A DNA stretch of 62,956 nucleotides, the filler included, from Jimgerdemannia flammicorona (taxonomy: Eukaryota), in assembly GCA_003990765.1 (NCBI GenBank). It is 2 parts of 2 records of this genome, joined end to end, with 100 filler letters (N's around TTAATTAATTAA, not from the genome) between each part and the next. Parts side by side here need not be neighbours in the genome. Positions count along the whole stretch, not along the records: positions 1 to 31,430 come from RBNJ01000400.1; 1 more part is not named here. The stretch is one strand, 5' to 3'. The notes under the pieces are model-generated. The model was not told where the DNA came from and ran no database searches. It worked only from the letters and a program-made list of their open reading frames with translations. Below are positions 1-10,211 of this stretch, piece by piece. Made by a program: the position numbers and the translations under genes. Each line of letters begins with the position of its first letter. The first letter of the stretch is position 1.

Positions 1-242
1 AGAAAAAAATTGGCAGAATCAAACTATCCGACAACGCGAATACAAAGGATAATCAAATATTCCTGAGTGATGTCAATGTTCACAACATAACGGCGATGCT
101 TGGATCACGTCAATAATCTGTAAATGTTCATTGCTCTATGAGATGAGCACACATTGAACGTGAATTCTCTCCATCAAACCACTCGCAGCTTTGACCGAAA
201 TGTACAAGACGCCTCTGCCACACACGACTTGCACTAGCTGCA

Positions 243-2821
243 TTAACCAATCAGATTGCTGATCGACGGCAGCCGACTTGCCGTGCCAACACCCCCAGCT
301 GGGAGCCCTGTTCCATCAGAATCCTTTTTGACCTCTGGCTCTAACACATGTGGCCCCGGCTCCTCATCTATCTCCACCTTCAAAACGACCTTGTCGTCGT
401 ATCTGGCTTCATTTGCAGGTGAAGGTGGCCTGTGGTCCAAATGATATGACCAACGTCGTTGGTCGCCGCCTACAGTTCCTCCGTTGTTGCTGACGTGAGG
501 AGCGATGAGGGGTGTACGGCCAGGCGACAAGGCTGAAACGGTGACATTGGACGGAGCGGAGTTGTAGAGAGCATTGGGTATCGGAGCGAAATAGGGCGAA
601 GACGACGTTACGGTCGGTGACGTGGCTGGTGCAGTCGTAGAAACCGACGCACGATTAGGGGTGTCAATCTCCTGTGGTGGCAGCAATATGCCGTGATTCG
701 CGTGATCATGAATTGTTTGCTGTTGTAAGAGGGGTTGTAAGGGGGATAGTCCGGTCATAAGCTGCACAGAAGGCGAGACGGCGGCAACGCCGGAATCGCG
801 TTGATGGTGTGCACCAAGGTTATCTCCGTCGTCCTCAAATAGTCCCCTCCTGAAAGCGATTTCACTCTCCGACAAGACGCGTCCGTGCTTTGGCTCGCAT
901 TCGGCCTCACCCACGGACCGCGAAGAATGATACCCCTCTTCCTCCTCCTGACGATCTGTTGTATCCTGCCAAATTTCGAAATCGGGATCTTTGCGTTTTT
1001 TCCCTGTCGCGGTCGCTGCTAGCAGGGCCAAAGTCAATGCACCTTCTTTAGCCGACCCCAACTGACTTGGCGGAACGGAGCGTGATCGTCTTGATTCGAT
1101 GCCATCGACTTCAACGCTCACTTCCCTTGAGAGTGGACTACGAACTACGGGGAACCAGCTCTGAATTGCTTGGGGATCTATGACGTTATTATTTGCCGCA
1201 GCTACGCGACGACGTTTTTCGACCAGATGGCGGGAGGGTGAATCTGATGATTTGTGCCGCGAATTGTTCCTACCATATTGTATGGTGGAGGGAGGAGTCG
1301 ACGAGCTCCGCCAGAGGTTTGGTGACGCGGCCACTGCATTATTCGATTGTTGAAGTTGGGTTGGTGTCGTTTGAGCTGTCGAAGTGGAGGTGGACGTGAG
1401 CAATGTTGTCGGTCGCGTAGACGCAGACGCACTCCCGTAAGACAATGACTGCGGACCTAGCACGCGGGGAGTAAGCTCGGCGCCCGTGGTGGGAGGGATA
1501 AGAGTGGACGACGTTGCGGGCATAAAGGATGGTGAAGGTGAATTATGGAGCATGACAAGTAGGTTTGCGGCATCAGTGTCGGCAACGGATGCACTCGAAC
1601 TGTGTACGGGAAATGCTGACGGTGATTGAATTTGTTGTCGAGGTGTAGTGGGACCATGTGCAGAGAAGTTGTCAGGCGTCTTATCGGCACGTACGTGATG
1701 TGCATGTCGATGATTAGTGTCTAGAGCATCCGCTGGTAGCTCCAGCTGTGCCGCTGCCGCTAGCAGGTGCTCGGGAGTTCTTACACCGGCCAACAGGTTC
1801 ATCCTTTGCAACGGTGTTGACCGCACGTCCTCGCCCGGGGTGAAGGATGATCGTGGTGTCCCCTTTGGAGACGTTATCCATTCGTCGAAATTAGAGGTCG
1901 ACGGGGAAAGAAATGATGCCATCCGGCCTGTGCCAGAGGTGTTGTTAAATTTACTAGATGTCTTCTTTGGTGTGTGCGTCCGTTTCGCCGAGAGCTTCGG
2001 CGAGTTGAGACCGTGTCTCACCTGAGGGGTGGAGAGGTGCTGCTTTGGGGTGCCAGGCGGGGCACCCACGCATTTTCGGAAATTATCCTCATCCATCTGT
2101 TCGTCTTCATCATAATCATCGTCGTCATCATCTAGCAAAAAGCGGGTACCGTTGAGATGAATGTTTGATTCTGGGGCCGGTTCCAACGTGCGCGTGATGA
2201 AAATGCTTGGTGGCGCTGACGAAATTAACGGGGAGTCTTTAAAGAGTTTTGTCTCAAGCGACGCCAAATCATAATTCTCCAGGCCCTTTTGGGCCTTGAA
2301 ATTGGCAAGGGCAAGGCGTGTCTTGAGCGCTCGAAGAACCTGTATGTATATATATTTGAGAAACAAAGTTTTCATAGATTGGTAAGATCGTGTTACCAAT
2401 ACATAATCGTCCAGATTGTATGAGTTCACTCGGAAGGCCTCCACATATGTTCGAACAAAACATAGTGTAAGTTTCACGACGCGAACAAGTAAGCAGGACG
2501 CACGCGTCGGCGAAACGTGAACGCGTTAACGTCAGGTACACGACAGCCGTTGTAGTTGCGTAATAAGCTGTTTGGGTGTACGTTGATTCGTGGCCGCAGT
2601 CAATGCAGTGTCAAGAACGCGTCAGCCTCCGTAAGGTTGGCCGAATGCAAGATTTCGTCTGCTCTACGAGTTTGGGGTTATGTGCTCATCCGTGGTACAT
2701 TCCGTGCGAGGGCGTCCTACAGCGCGTTGTAGCAGGAATGGAACAGGTCGCATACCTTGGAAACCTCCGCCTTATACAGGACGGTTTCGGTAATCTTCTT
2801 GTTCCGTATCGCCTCGGACAT
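243..2821 (-). CDS. Whi5/Nrm1-family (Stb1-like) G1/S transcriptional regulator, ~720 aa, 2 exons (2821-2756, 2339-243)
   Basis: Exon 1 MSEAIRNKKITETVLYKAEVSK ends AAG|gtatgc and joins in phase 0 to cag|GTT at 2339. This gives VLRALKTRLALANFKAQKGLENYDLASLE, the Whi5/Nrm1 GTB-type motif. The rest is a long disordered region rich in S/T-P CDK sites, with a DAANLLVMLHNSPSP motif resembling the Stb1-type helix. Confidence 0.7.
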
Positions 2822-3144
2822 TGCGGAGAAAGTGGGGGAGGGAAGGAAGGTGTGGCGCGGGTGGGTGGGTAGGGGAAGGTGGGGGCAGCAATTTCTATGG
2901 GCAGGACGGGTGTTGGTGGGGAGAGAAGGAGTGATAAGATAACTGAGCGGCTGTGACGAAGGAAAGCATAGGGAAGGCAGCTCGTGTCGTGTCTACATTT
3001 GGCAAAATCGGCAAAAGCGCAATTTCGCGTCTCACCCACTGACTGCGAATTGTCGCGACCTTTCGCCACTAAAACGAGAATAGGGGGGTGCGGAGTGTGT
3101 GAAAAATGGTGCAAGGCAGACACCAATGATAATTGGTGACGCGT
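2479..3144. promoter_or_regulatory. Cluster of MCB/SCB-like cell-cycle boxes in intron 1 and the promoter of the Whi5-like gene
   Basis: ACGCGT at 2502, 2521, 2617 and 3139. ACGCGAA at 2479, TTTCGCGT at 3023 and TTTCGCC at 3061. Confidence 0.45.
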
Positions 3145-3339
3145 CCCAAGCGGCGGTACTCACGATTGACACCGTCTAAAGATGGTTATATTTATTGTTG
3201 GGAATCTTGAACAGAAGCGTAACTTCAATGTCGTCACGGGCACCAGACCAAGCACACGAGACCCCCAACACGACGTCACCGTCGAGCGCATTCTCACATA
3301 ATTGCACATCAACAAAACCGTCACAAGTTCGTGATTTGT

Positions 3340-3830
3340 AAATTATTAATTATTAGTACTATTTATATTGACATCTATTTATATTAAAATTTATATTATT
3401 ATTCCTTGGACTGCTTACTTGTGGGCTTCTCTCATTTTTGTTATAATTATTATTCTTGATGAATTTTAAAATTTTAATAATGAATATTATTTGGCTAAAT
3501 TAGGTTTATTTTATATTTATTTAAATAATTAAATTACTAAAAGTATTAATATTGTAATAAATTATTTTTAAGTTTATTTTTTAATTTAATAAAATAATAA
3601 TAATTATAAATAATAAAATTTTATTAATTTTATATTTTAAAATAGTTTATTATAGATAAAAATTAAAAATAATAATTTTATTATAATATAAATTAATTAA
3701 TTATTATTATTATTTTTAAAAATAATATTAAAGTTATTTATATCTTATTTAAATTATGTTATAATTTCTATATATTTATACTTAACTTACTCATTGATAA
3801 AAATTATCTCACAGGCTTAATTCAAAATAT
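3340..3830. other. Extremely AT-rich block, probably a mutationally eroded repeat
   Basis: Almost only A/T, TpA-rich, no CpG, with sharp borders against GC-balanced flanks. Confidence 0.6.
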
Positions 3831-4064
3831 AAAATATTCACAACCAGGGTTCTCAGAGTATACCAAGTTCCTTATGAAGATCCCCAGTCTTATGTGGATA
3901 TCTTCAATAAAGTACATCTGCAAGATATAGATAAATAATAATAATAAAGGGATATAAGAAATACCAATCAAATAACACTGGTCGCCCAAGCTCACAAGGA
4001 TACTTTAAGTATATAAATAAAGTTGATGTATCAGAAAATAAAATGAAATGAACAATTGGAATAG

Positions 4065-7000
4065 CTATGTTTGAATAACCAGACTCTTGTTCTGCATCTC
4101 GGCTAGGGAACGCACTCCGTCGTCGCTGATGCTGTTCCCTGTTCATTGGTGGTAAGTGACGGAGAAAACAGGCGCAGGTCGTGAGCCGTGCAGCCTAAGA
4201 CAATGGTTCGTGCGATTCAAACATGCATACTTTCGAGATTCAGCTGGGTCAGCGTCGTATTCTGCTCCAGAGATCCGGCTAGGGCGCGAGTTCCGTCGTC
4301 GCCGATGCTGTTCCCTGTTTATTGGAGGCAAAAGGCGATGACGAAAACACGCGAAGCCTATTAGCCGGATGCCATCGTGCAGCTCAAAACAACAATTTAC
4401 GCGATTCAAACATGCATACCTCTGAGATTCAGCTGAGTGAGGGTCGCGTTCCGCTCCAGAGACCCGGCTAGGGCGCGCGCTCCGTCGTCACCGATATGGT
4501 TCTCTGTTCATTAGGGACAAAAAGTGATAATGAAAACACGCGAAGGCCATGAGCCGAATGCCATCACGTGGCCCAAAGCAACAGTTCACGCGATTCAAAC
4601 ATGCCTACCTCTGAGATCCAGCTGAGTCAGCGCCGTATTCTGCTTCAGAGACGCGGCTAGGGCGCGCACTCCGTCGTCGCCGATGTTGCAATCTGTTCAT
4701 TGGGGGTAAAAAATGATAACGAAAACACGCGCAGGTCGCAGGCCGTGAGTCGGATGCCATCGTGTAGCCCAAAGCAATGGCTCACGCGATTCAAACATAC
4801 ATACTTTCGAGATTCAGCTGGGCCAGAGTCGTGTTCTGTTCCAGAAACTCGGCTAGGGCACGGACCCCTTCATCGCCGATGCTGTTGTCTGAGGGTGAAA
4901 TGATGAGCGAACACGCACGGATTGTAAGCTTGATCCCATGCCAAGCTGTAAACAATGATTCACAGAGTTCTGACATACTTTTGAGATCCAGCTCGGCCAA
5001 GATCGTAATCTGCTTCAGAGACTCGGCTAGGGCACGGGCCCCTTCAGCACTCATCATAATATCTGAAGGTAAATGGAGGTAGGCGAACACGCACTGGTCG
5101 TGAGCTTGATCCGATACACAGCTGCAAAAAAATGGTTTACATACGTCGGAGATTTAGCTCGGTCAAGGCCGTGTTCTGCTCCAGGAACTCGGCTAGGGCA
5201 CGGGCTCCCTCGTCACCGATGCTGTTTCCTGAAGATGAACGGGGGGAAATGAGACACGCACAGGCCGTGGATTTGATGCCTATAACATATCTACAATGGT
5301 TCGCACAGTTCTGACATACCTCCGAGACTCAGCTTGGTCAAGGTCGTGTTCTGCTTCAGAGACTCGGCTAAGGCACAGGCCCCTTTGGTGCAGATGCTGC
5401 TCGCTGAAGATGAAATCGGAGCTAAACTAACATCCACGGATCGCGAGCATGGATTCATGATACTGCTGCAAAAAAATGGCTAACATACCTCCAAGATGCA
5501 GTTTAGTCAAGGTCGTGTTCTGCTTCAGAGACTCAGCCAGAGCACACGCTCCGTCGTCGCCGACACTGGTCCCTGAAGATGAGCGGGAGATGAACGAGCA
5601 CATATAGATCGTGAGATTGAACCCATGACACAGCTGCGAACAATGGTTTACACAGTGCTAACATACTTTCAAGATCCAGCTCTGTCAAGGTCGTGTTCTG
5701 CATCAGAGGCTCGGCTAGGGTACAAGCCCCTTTCATGCCGATCATGTTCGCTGAGGATGAAACAGAAGATAAACTAATATACGCAGATCGCGAGCTTGAA
5801 TCCATGACACAGTTGCAAAAAATGGTTCACATAGTTCCGATATACCTCCGAGACGTAGCACAGTCAAGGTCGCGTTCTGCTTCAAAGATTCGGCTAGGGC
5901 ACGGAGCCCCTCGTCTCCGATATTGTTCTCTGAAAACGAAAGCTGGTCATGAGTTCAACCCATGATGCAACTGTAAATAATGGTTCGCACAGTTCTAACA
6001 CACTTCTGAGATTCAGTTCGGTCAAGGTCGTGTTCTGCTTCAGAGACCCTGCTAGGGCACGGGCCCCCTCGTCGCCGATGCTGTTGGCTGAAGATGAACG
6101 GGGGGACGCGCAGATCATGAGATTGAGCCCATGACATAGCTACAAATAATGGCTTCGCATAGTTCTGACATACCTTCAAGATTCAGCTCGATCAAGATCG
6201 TGTTCTGCTTCAGAGATTCTGCTAGGGTACGGGCCCCCTCGTCGCCGATGCTGTTCACTGAAGATGAACTCGGGGGTGAGCGAACACGCACAAATCGTGA
6301 GCTTACAGCCGCAAACAATGATTCACAGAGTTCTAACATACCTCTGAGATTCAGCTCGGTCAAGTTCGTATTCTGCTTCAGATACTCTGCTAGGGTACGC
6401 GCTCCGTCGTCGCCAATGCTGTTCGCTGAAGATATACGTGGGTGAGCGAATACGCACAGATCATGAGATTGAGCTCATGACATACAGCTACAAACAATGG
6501 TTTCGTACAGTTCTGACATACCTCCGAGATTCAGATCGGCCAAGGTCGTGTTCTGCTTCAGACACTCGGCTAGGACACGGGCCCCCTCATCGCCGATGCT
6601 GTTGCCTGAAGATGAACGGAGGAATGAGCAAACACGCAAGTATTGTGACATAGCCGCAAACAATGTTCACATAGTTCTACATACATTCGAGATTCAGCCC
6701 TGTCAAGAATTTGTTCTGCTTTAGACACTCGGCTAGGGCACGGCCCGACAAAAAGCCGATGTCGTTATCTGAAGAAGACAATTGATGAGCGAATATGCGA
6801 GATCGTGAGCCTGCTTGATAACGATTACATAGATATAAAAGCCCATCATCGATACAGTTCCGACATACTTTCAAGACTCAGCTTGCTACACGTCGTGTTC
6901 TTCATTAAAAATTTGGCGAGAGCAATGGCTGCCTTATCGCCAATTCTCTTGCCTGAAGTAAACAGAGGATAAGCGAACACAAACTTGATCTCATGATCCA

Positions 7001-7287
7001 GCTGTACATGCAGTTCTGACATACCACGAAGATCCAGCTCAGTCGCATTCTCTTTCTGATTCAAAAGCTCAGTAAAGGCACTGGTACCCTCGTTACCAAT
7101 GCTGTTCCCTAAAAATGAACAGCAGATAAGCTAACACACATAGGTCGCGAGCTTTATCTTGCCATATACCTTCAAGCAAATGGTTCACATAATTCTGGCA
7201 TACCTCTGATATTCAACTCGGCCAAGGTCGTGTTCGGCCTCAGAGATTCGGTTCGGTTATCAGCCCCCTCAGCGCCTATGTATTCTT
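4065..7287 (-). CDS. Ribonuclease-inhibitor/NLRC3-type leucine-rich repeat domain encoded by 18 exons of exactly 84 nt plus a terminal exon; probably the C-terminal half of the adjacent kinase gene
   Basis: Exons 7287-7204, 7108-7025, 6952-6869, 6768-6685, 6605-6522, 6425-6342, 6257-6174, 6087-6004, 5929-5846, 5750-5667, 5572-5489, 5403-5320, 5228-5145, 5062-4979, 4888-4805, 4692-4609, 4503-4420, 4314-4231 and terminal 4138-4065 (TAG). All have yAG acceptors and GT donors, all are phase 1-1, and there is no stop after splicing. Consensus xNSIGDEGARALAESLKQNTTLTELNLR. Confidence 0.88.
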
Positions 7288-7413
7288 CTGAACGTAAAAA
7301 TAACCAAATGTAAGGAGCGAAATAGCTGTAAGTCAATCCTGGGATGCCCAACTTTGTTGTGATCCATCCAGTAATCACGTCTCTGACTCGCTACCATTAT
7401 TTTCATGCCACCA

Positions 7414-8972
7414 TTAGACACGAAGTAAGAACACAAATACCTGGCAGTTAGCAAATGTGAACATAATAAGCCATCTCTTGTGCAACTTCATACCTGGATT
7501 CAACTGTTGTCCAACAGTCTCTAGTACCATCGGTGAGTACTGTTTCGTGATTTGCGTGAGCTCGTCACTTGCATAGAATTTGCTTCCAGAGTCACCTGTA
7601 TAGAATTTGCTTCCAGAATCACCTGAATAGGGTTTGCTTCCAGAGTCATCTGTATAGGGCCTGCTTCCGCCGTCCACAAAATTGAAATCGTTGTTGCTGT
7701 CCGTAAAGTCCAGCCCTTGTTGAAGGGTGGCCCGTCGTTCTTCTATGAACGATTGTGTCTCGGGTGAAAAAGACACTGATGCAAGGGATAGTTCTCCAAA
7801 AATTTGATCCTCCATACTCGGTTGAACAGGAGAAATCTCGACTAAACCAGCTGCACACACGATTAGCTGATTGTAGACTTCCCGAGCATTTGGTCGCTGG
7901 TCGGGATCAAGGTGCCAGCAACTCCGGATGACATTGTTGAATGCTGTTGGTGCACCAGGGATCAAGTCCTCACGCAGGCCTTCCGGGTTGCTTTTGGCGG
8001 CTTCCGACGACAAGTCTTGTGGCGGGACACCGACAATCAGCTGCCACAGCAGTGTTCCCAAACAGTAGATGTCTGATTTCTGTGTATACCGCTTTCCCCC
8101 GAAGATCTCTGGAGGGAAGTATTTTAACCGGCCATAGCAACCTTTCATGGAATGTGTGTCTTCCACAGCTCGGCTAATTCCGACATCAATCAAGAGCGTG
8201 GTGAGAGACTTGTGGAATACTACATTACCCGGGTGGAGATCCTCGTGGGTGAAGCCCATTTCGTGGAGACTGGCTAAGCGGCTGGCAAGTTTTGTGGCAT
8301 ATATCAAAGCTGTGTACCAATCATCATCTGGTTGACATGGCCGCTGCTCAAGAGTGCCCATATCAGCATATTGCATAATCATCAGATACACTCCGGTGCC
8401 TGGATGTTGTGACAACCCGATGATATCCATCGTGGGGGTATTTATATAATTTCCAGAGCATCTCAAATAGATATTCAGCGCCAACTGCATCAGGTATAGT
8501 AGGATTACTGATTAGCTATGTCATAGGAAATACTAAGTAAATTCCATCCATTGGACCTCACCTCTGCAACCATTGACATGTTTAATTCTTTGGCAGCCAC
8601 CCAGTTATGAGTTGATATCTCAATATGTGCTCCATATACTTTGGCAAACCCGCCTTCTGCCAGCTGTTTTAAGTCTTGGAGGTCATCGTGCGGAATCCAG
8701 GTAAGATATGGCTCTAACTGCGGCGCACCTAACTTGTTGAGGCAGGCACGGAGTTCTGGGTCCGAATATCGAAACACATTCTTCCACCTCAAGATGGATG
8801 ATTGATGTGCTCTTTCGAGTTCGTGGAATGGTTTGATTCGGGCTAACACTGACTGAAGGCGGTTGTGGGTGGACATGAGAGCTAATGTTTCCAAATAATT
8901 TAGGCGCTCTATCAAAACTGTTGTATAAATTTTAACCGAGGTGAATTTATTGTTGCGAAACCAAGATTCCAA
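7414..8972 (-). CDS. Tyrosine-kinase-like protein kinase domain (non-RD); 5' end of the gene uncertain (possibly extends to ~9425-9545)
   Basis: Motifs WIPHDDL, AEGGFAKVY, VAAKE, HEDLHPGN, DVG, YFPPE, KSDIYCLG and CW..DPDQRP. Intron 8561-8485 (gtgagg..atgcag) joins the two ORFs in phase 0. A phase-1 donor at 7493 (CCA G|gtatga) is compatible with the first LRR exon. Confidence 0.85.
7574..7672 (-). repeat. 27-nt coding tandem repeat, ~4 copies (GSRPYTDDS/GSKPYSGDS/GSKFYTGDS/GSKFYASD) in the kinase-LRR linker
   Basis: Unit tagaatttgcttccagagtcacctgta starting at 7574, 7601, 7628 and 7655 on the + strand. Confidence 0.85.
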
Positions 8973-9811
8973 GATTCCTACTGTGGCTTGGGTCGTACAC
9001 GGGATTTAGTGTCATGTGATATTGTAATGTGTCATTTGTTTTGTTCCTTCTGATCCGGGAAACGGAGTTGAAAAAATTGCCCATCCTCTCATCCTCTTCG
9101 CCGGCGTTTTTTTTTTTTTTTTTCTCTGCCTCTCTACTCTTTCTTTCTTGAGCTTGTTGTCGTGCGATTCTCTGCGGAGAGTCTTCTTGGGGTATAAGGT
9201 TGAGGGGCGACAACGTCGTCCCGCTCACCTTCTTTTCCAGCGTTTTTGTTTGTCCTCTTGTTGTTTCTCACTTGCCGACGACGCCGCTGTGGCCTCTGCC
9301 GAGAAATTTTCTGTTTTCTGCGCGACTCCTTCGATCACCAGCGCAAATTCCACATCAAAAGCTACATCCACAGCCTTCTTTGCGCAGGCCAGGGACTGAA
9401 GCTTGTGTACATAAACAAAATTCATGCCCAGTGTGTGAAGGAAAAGATTGCGCGCTGGGAGAGAGATCGGCGCATCATCGAGTTGTTGCCTATTGTGGTA
9501 CCGGTCGAGGAAACCACGGTGTTGTTGACGGATGGGAGAGGGCTACTGACAGCTCAACCGGTCCAGTGTCGGAAAAGAAATGGGAGGAGAGTGAGGAGTA
9601 GGAAACGAATGTCAGCGGGGGCGAAAGAAGGTGAGGGAGGAGCGGAGGGATGTAATGTAGTGGTGAATGTGTGGGTTTACCACCTGGATTGGAAACGGCC
9701 AAGTTATACGTACAAGGGTTCTTGGCGATGCCTTGTAACAGTGTTCCAAGCGATGATGAAGTGATCTGGTCGAAACGAAGCATGACGGCAAACGTTGCTA
9801 AAGTCGAGTAG

Positions 9812-9849
<38 letters not shown>

Positions 9850-10211
9850 ACACCGAGCATATCCACTGTTCATATCTCATTATCGGTACATTGAGTACCA
9901 TCCATACATTTGAGTACCTATACCATACATTTAAATACAGTATGCATGTATGCGATGTGGTTTTATGATGTACTTCTTATCATACATAAATGTTGCTTCA
10001 GTACAGCACTCAAACGGTGGTATTAATTTCCCAAGAGGCTTGGATTTCAATTACCAATGGCGCAAGTAATGAATTCTCCTACCATGGCAGTAAAACCCTT
10101 TTCCTTAACCCACACGAGTCCACAGCATTGTCATTGTATAAAAATTCCGCCTCTATCATTGTAAGTGCCCTGCTCTTCGGCCACGCATTCCCCATTCTCG
10201 TCCTCCAACGC

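Noticed and set aside
4156..6724. Plus-strand ORFs (e.g. RARAPSSPMLF repeats)
   Set aside because: Antisense shadows of the LRR exons.
4065..7287. Regular repeat-spacer pattern resembling a CRISPR array
   Set aside because: The repeats are 84-nt coding exons with splice sites, the spacers are homologous introns, the context is eukaryotic and there are no cas genes.
8947..9425. MGNFFNS as a myristoylated kinase start, and ORFs 9225-9425 and 8947-9228 as defined 5' exons
   Set aside because: I could not join them in frame to the kinase with convincing splice sites. A homopolymer at ~9107-9123 may hide an indel, so the 5' end is left unresolved.
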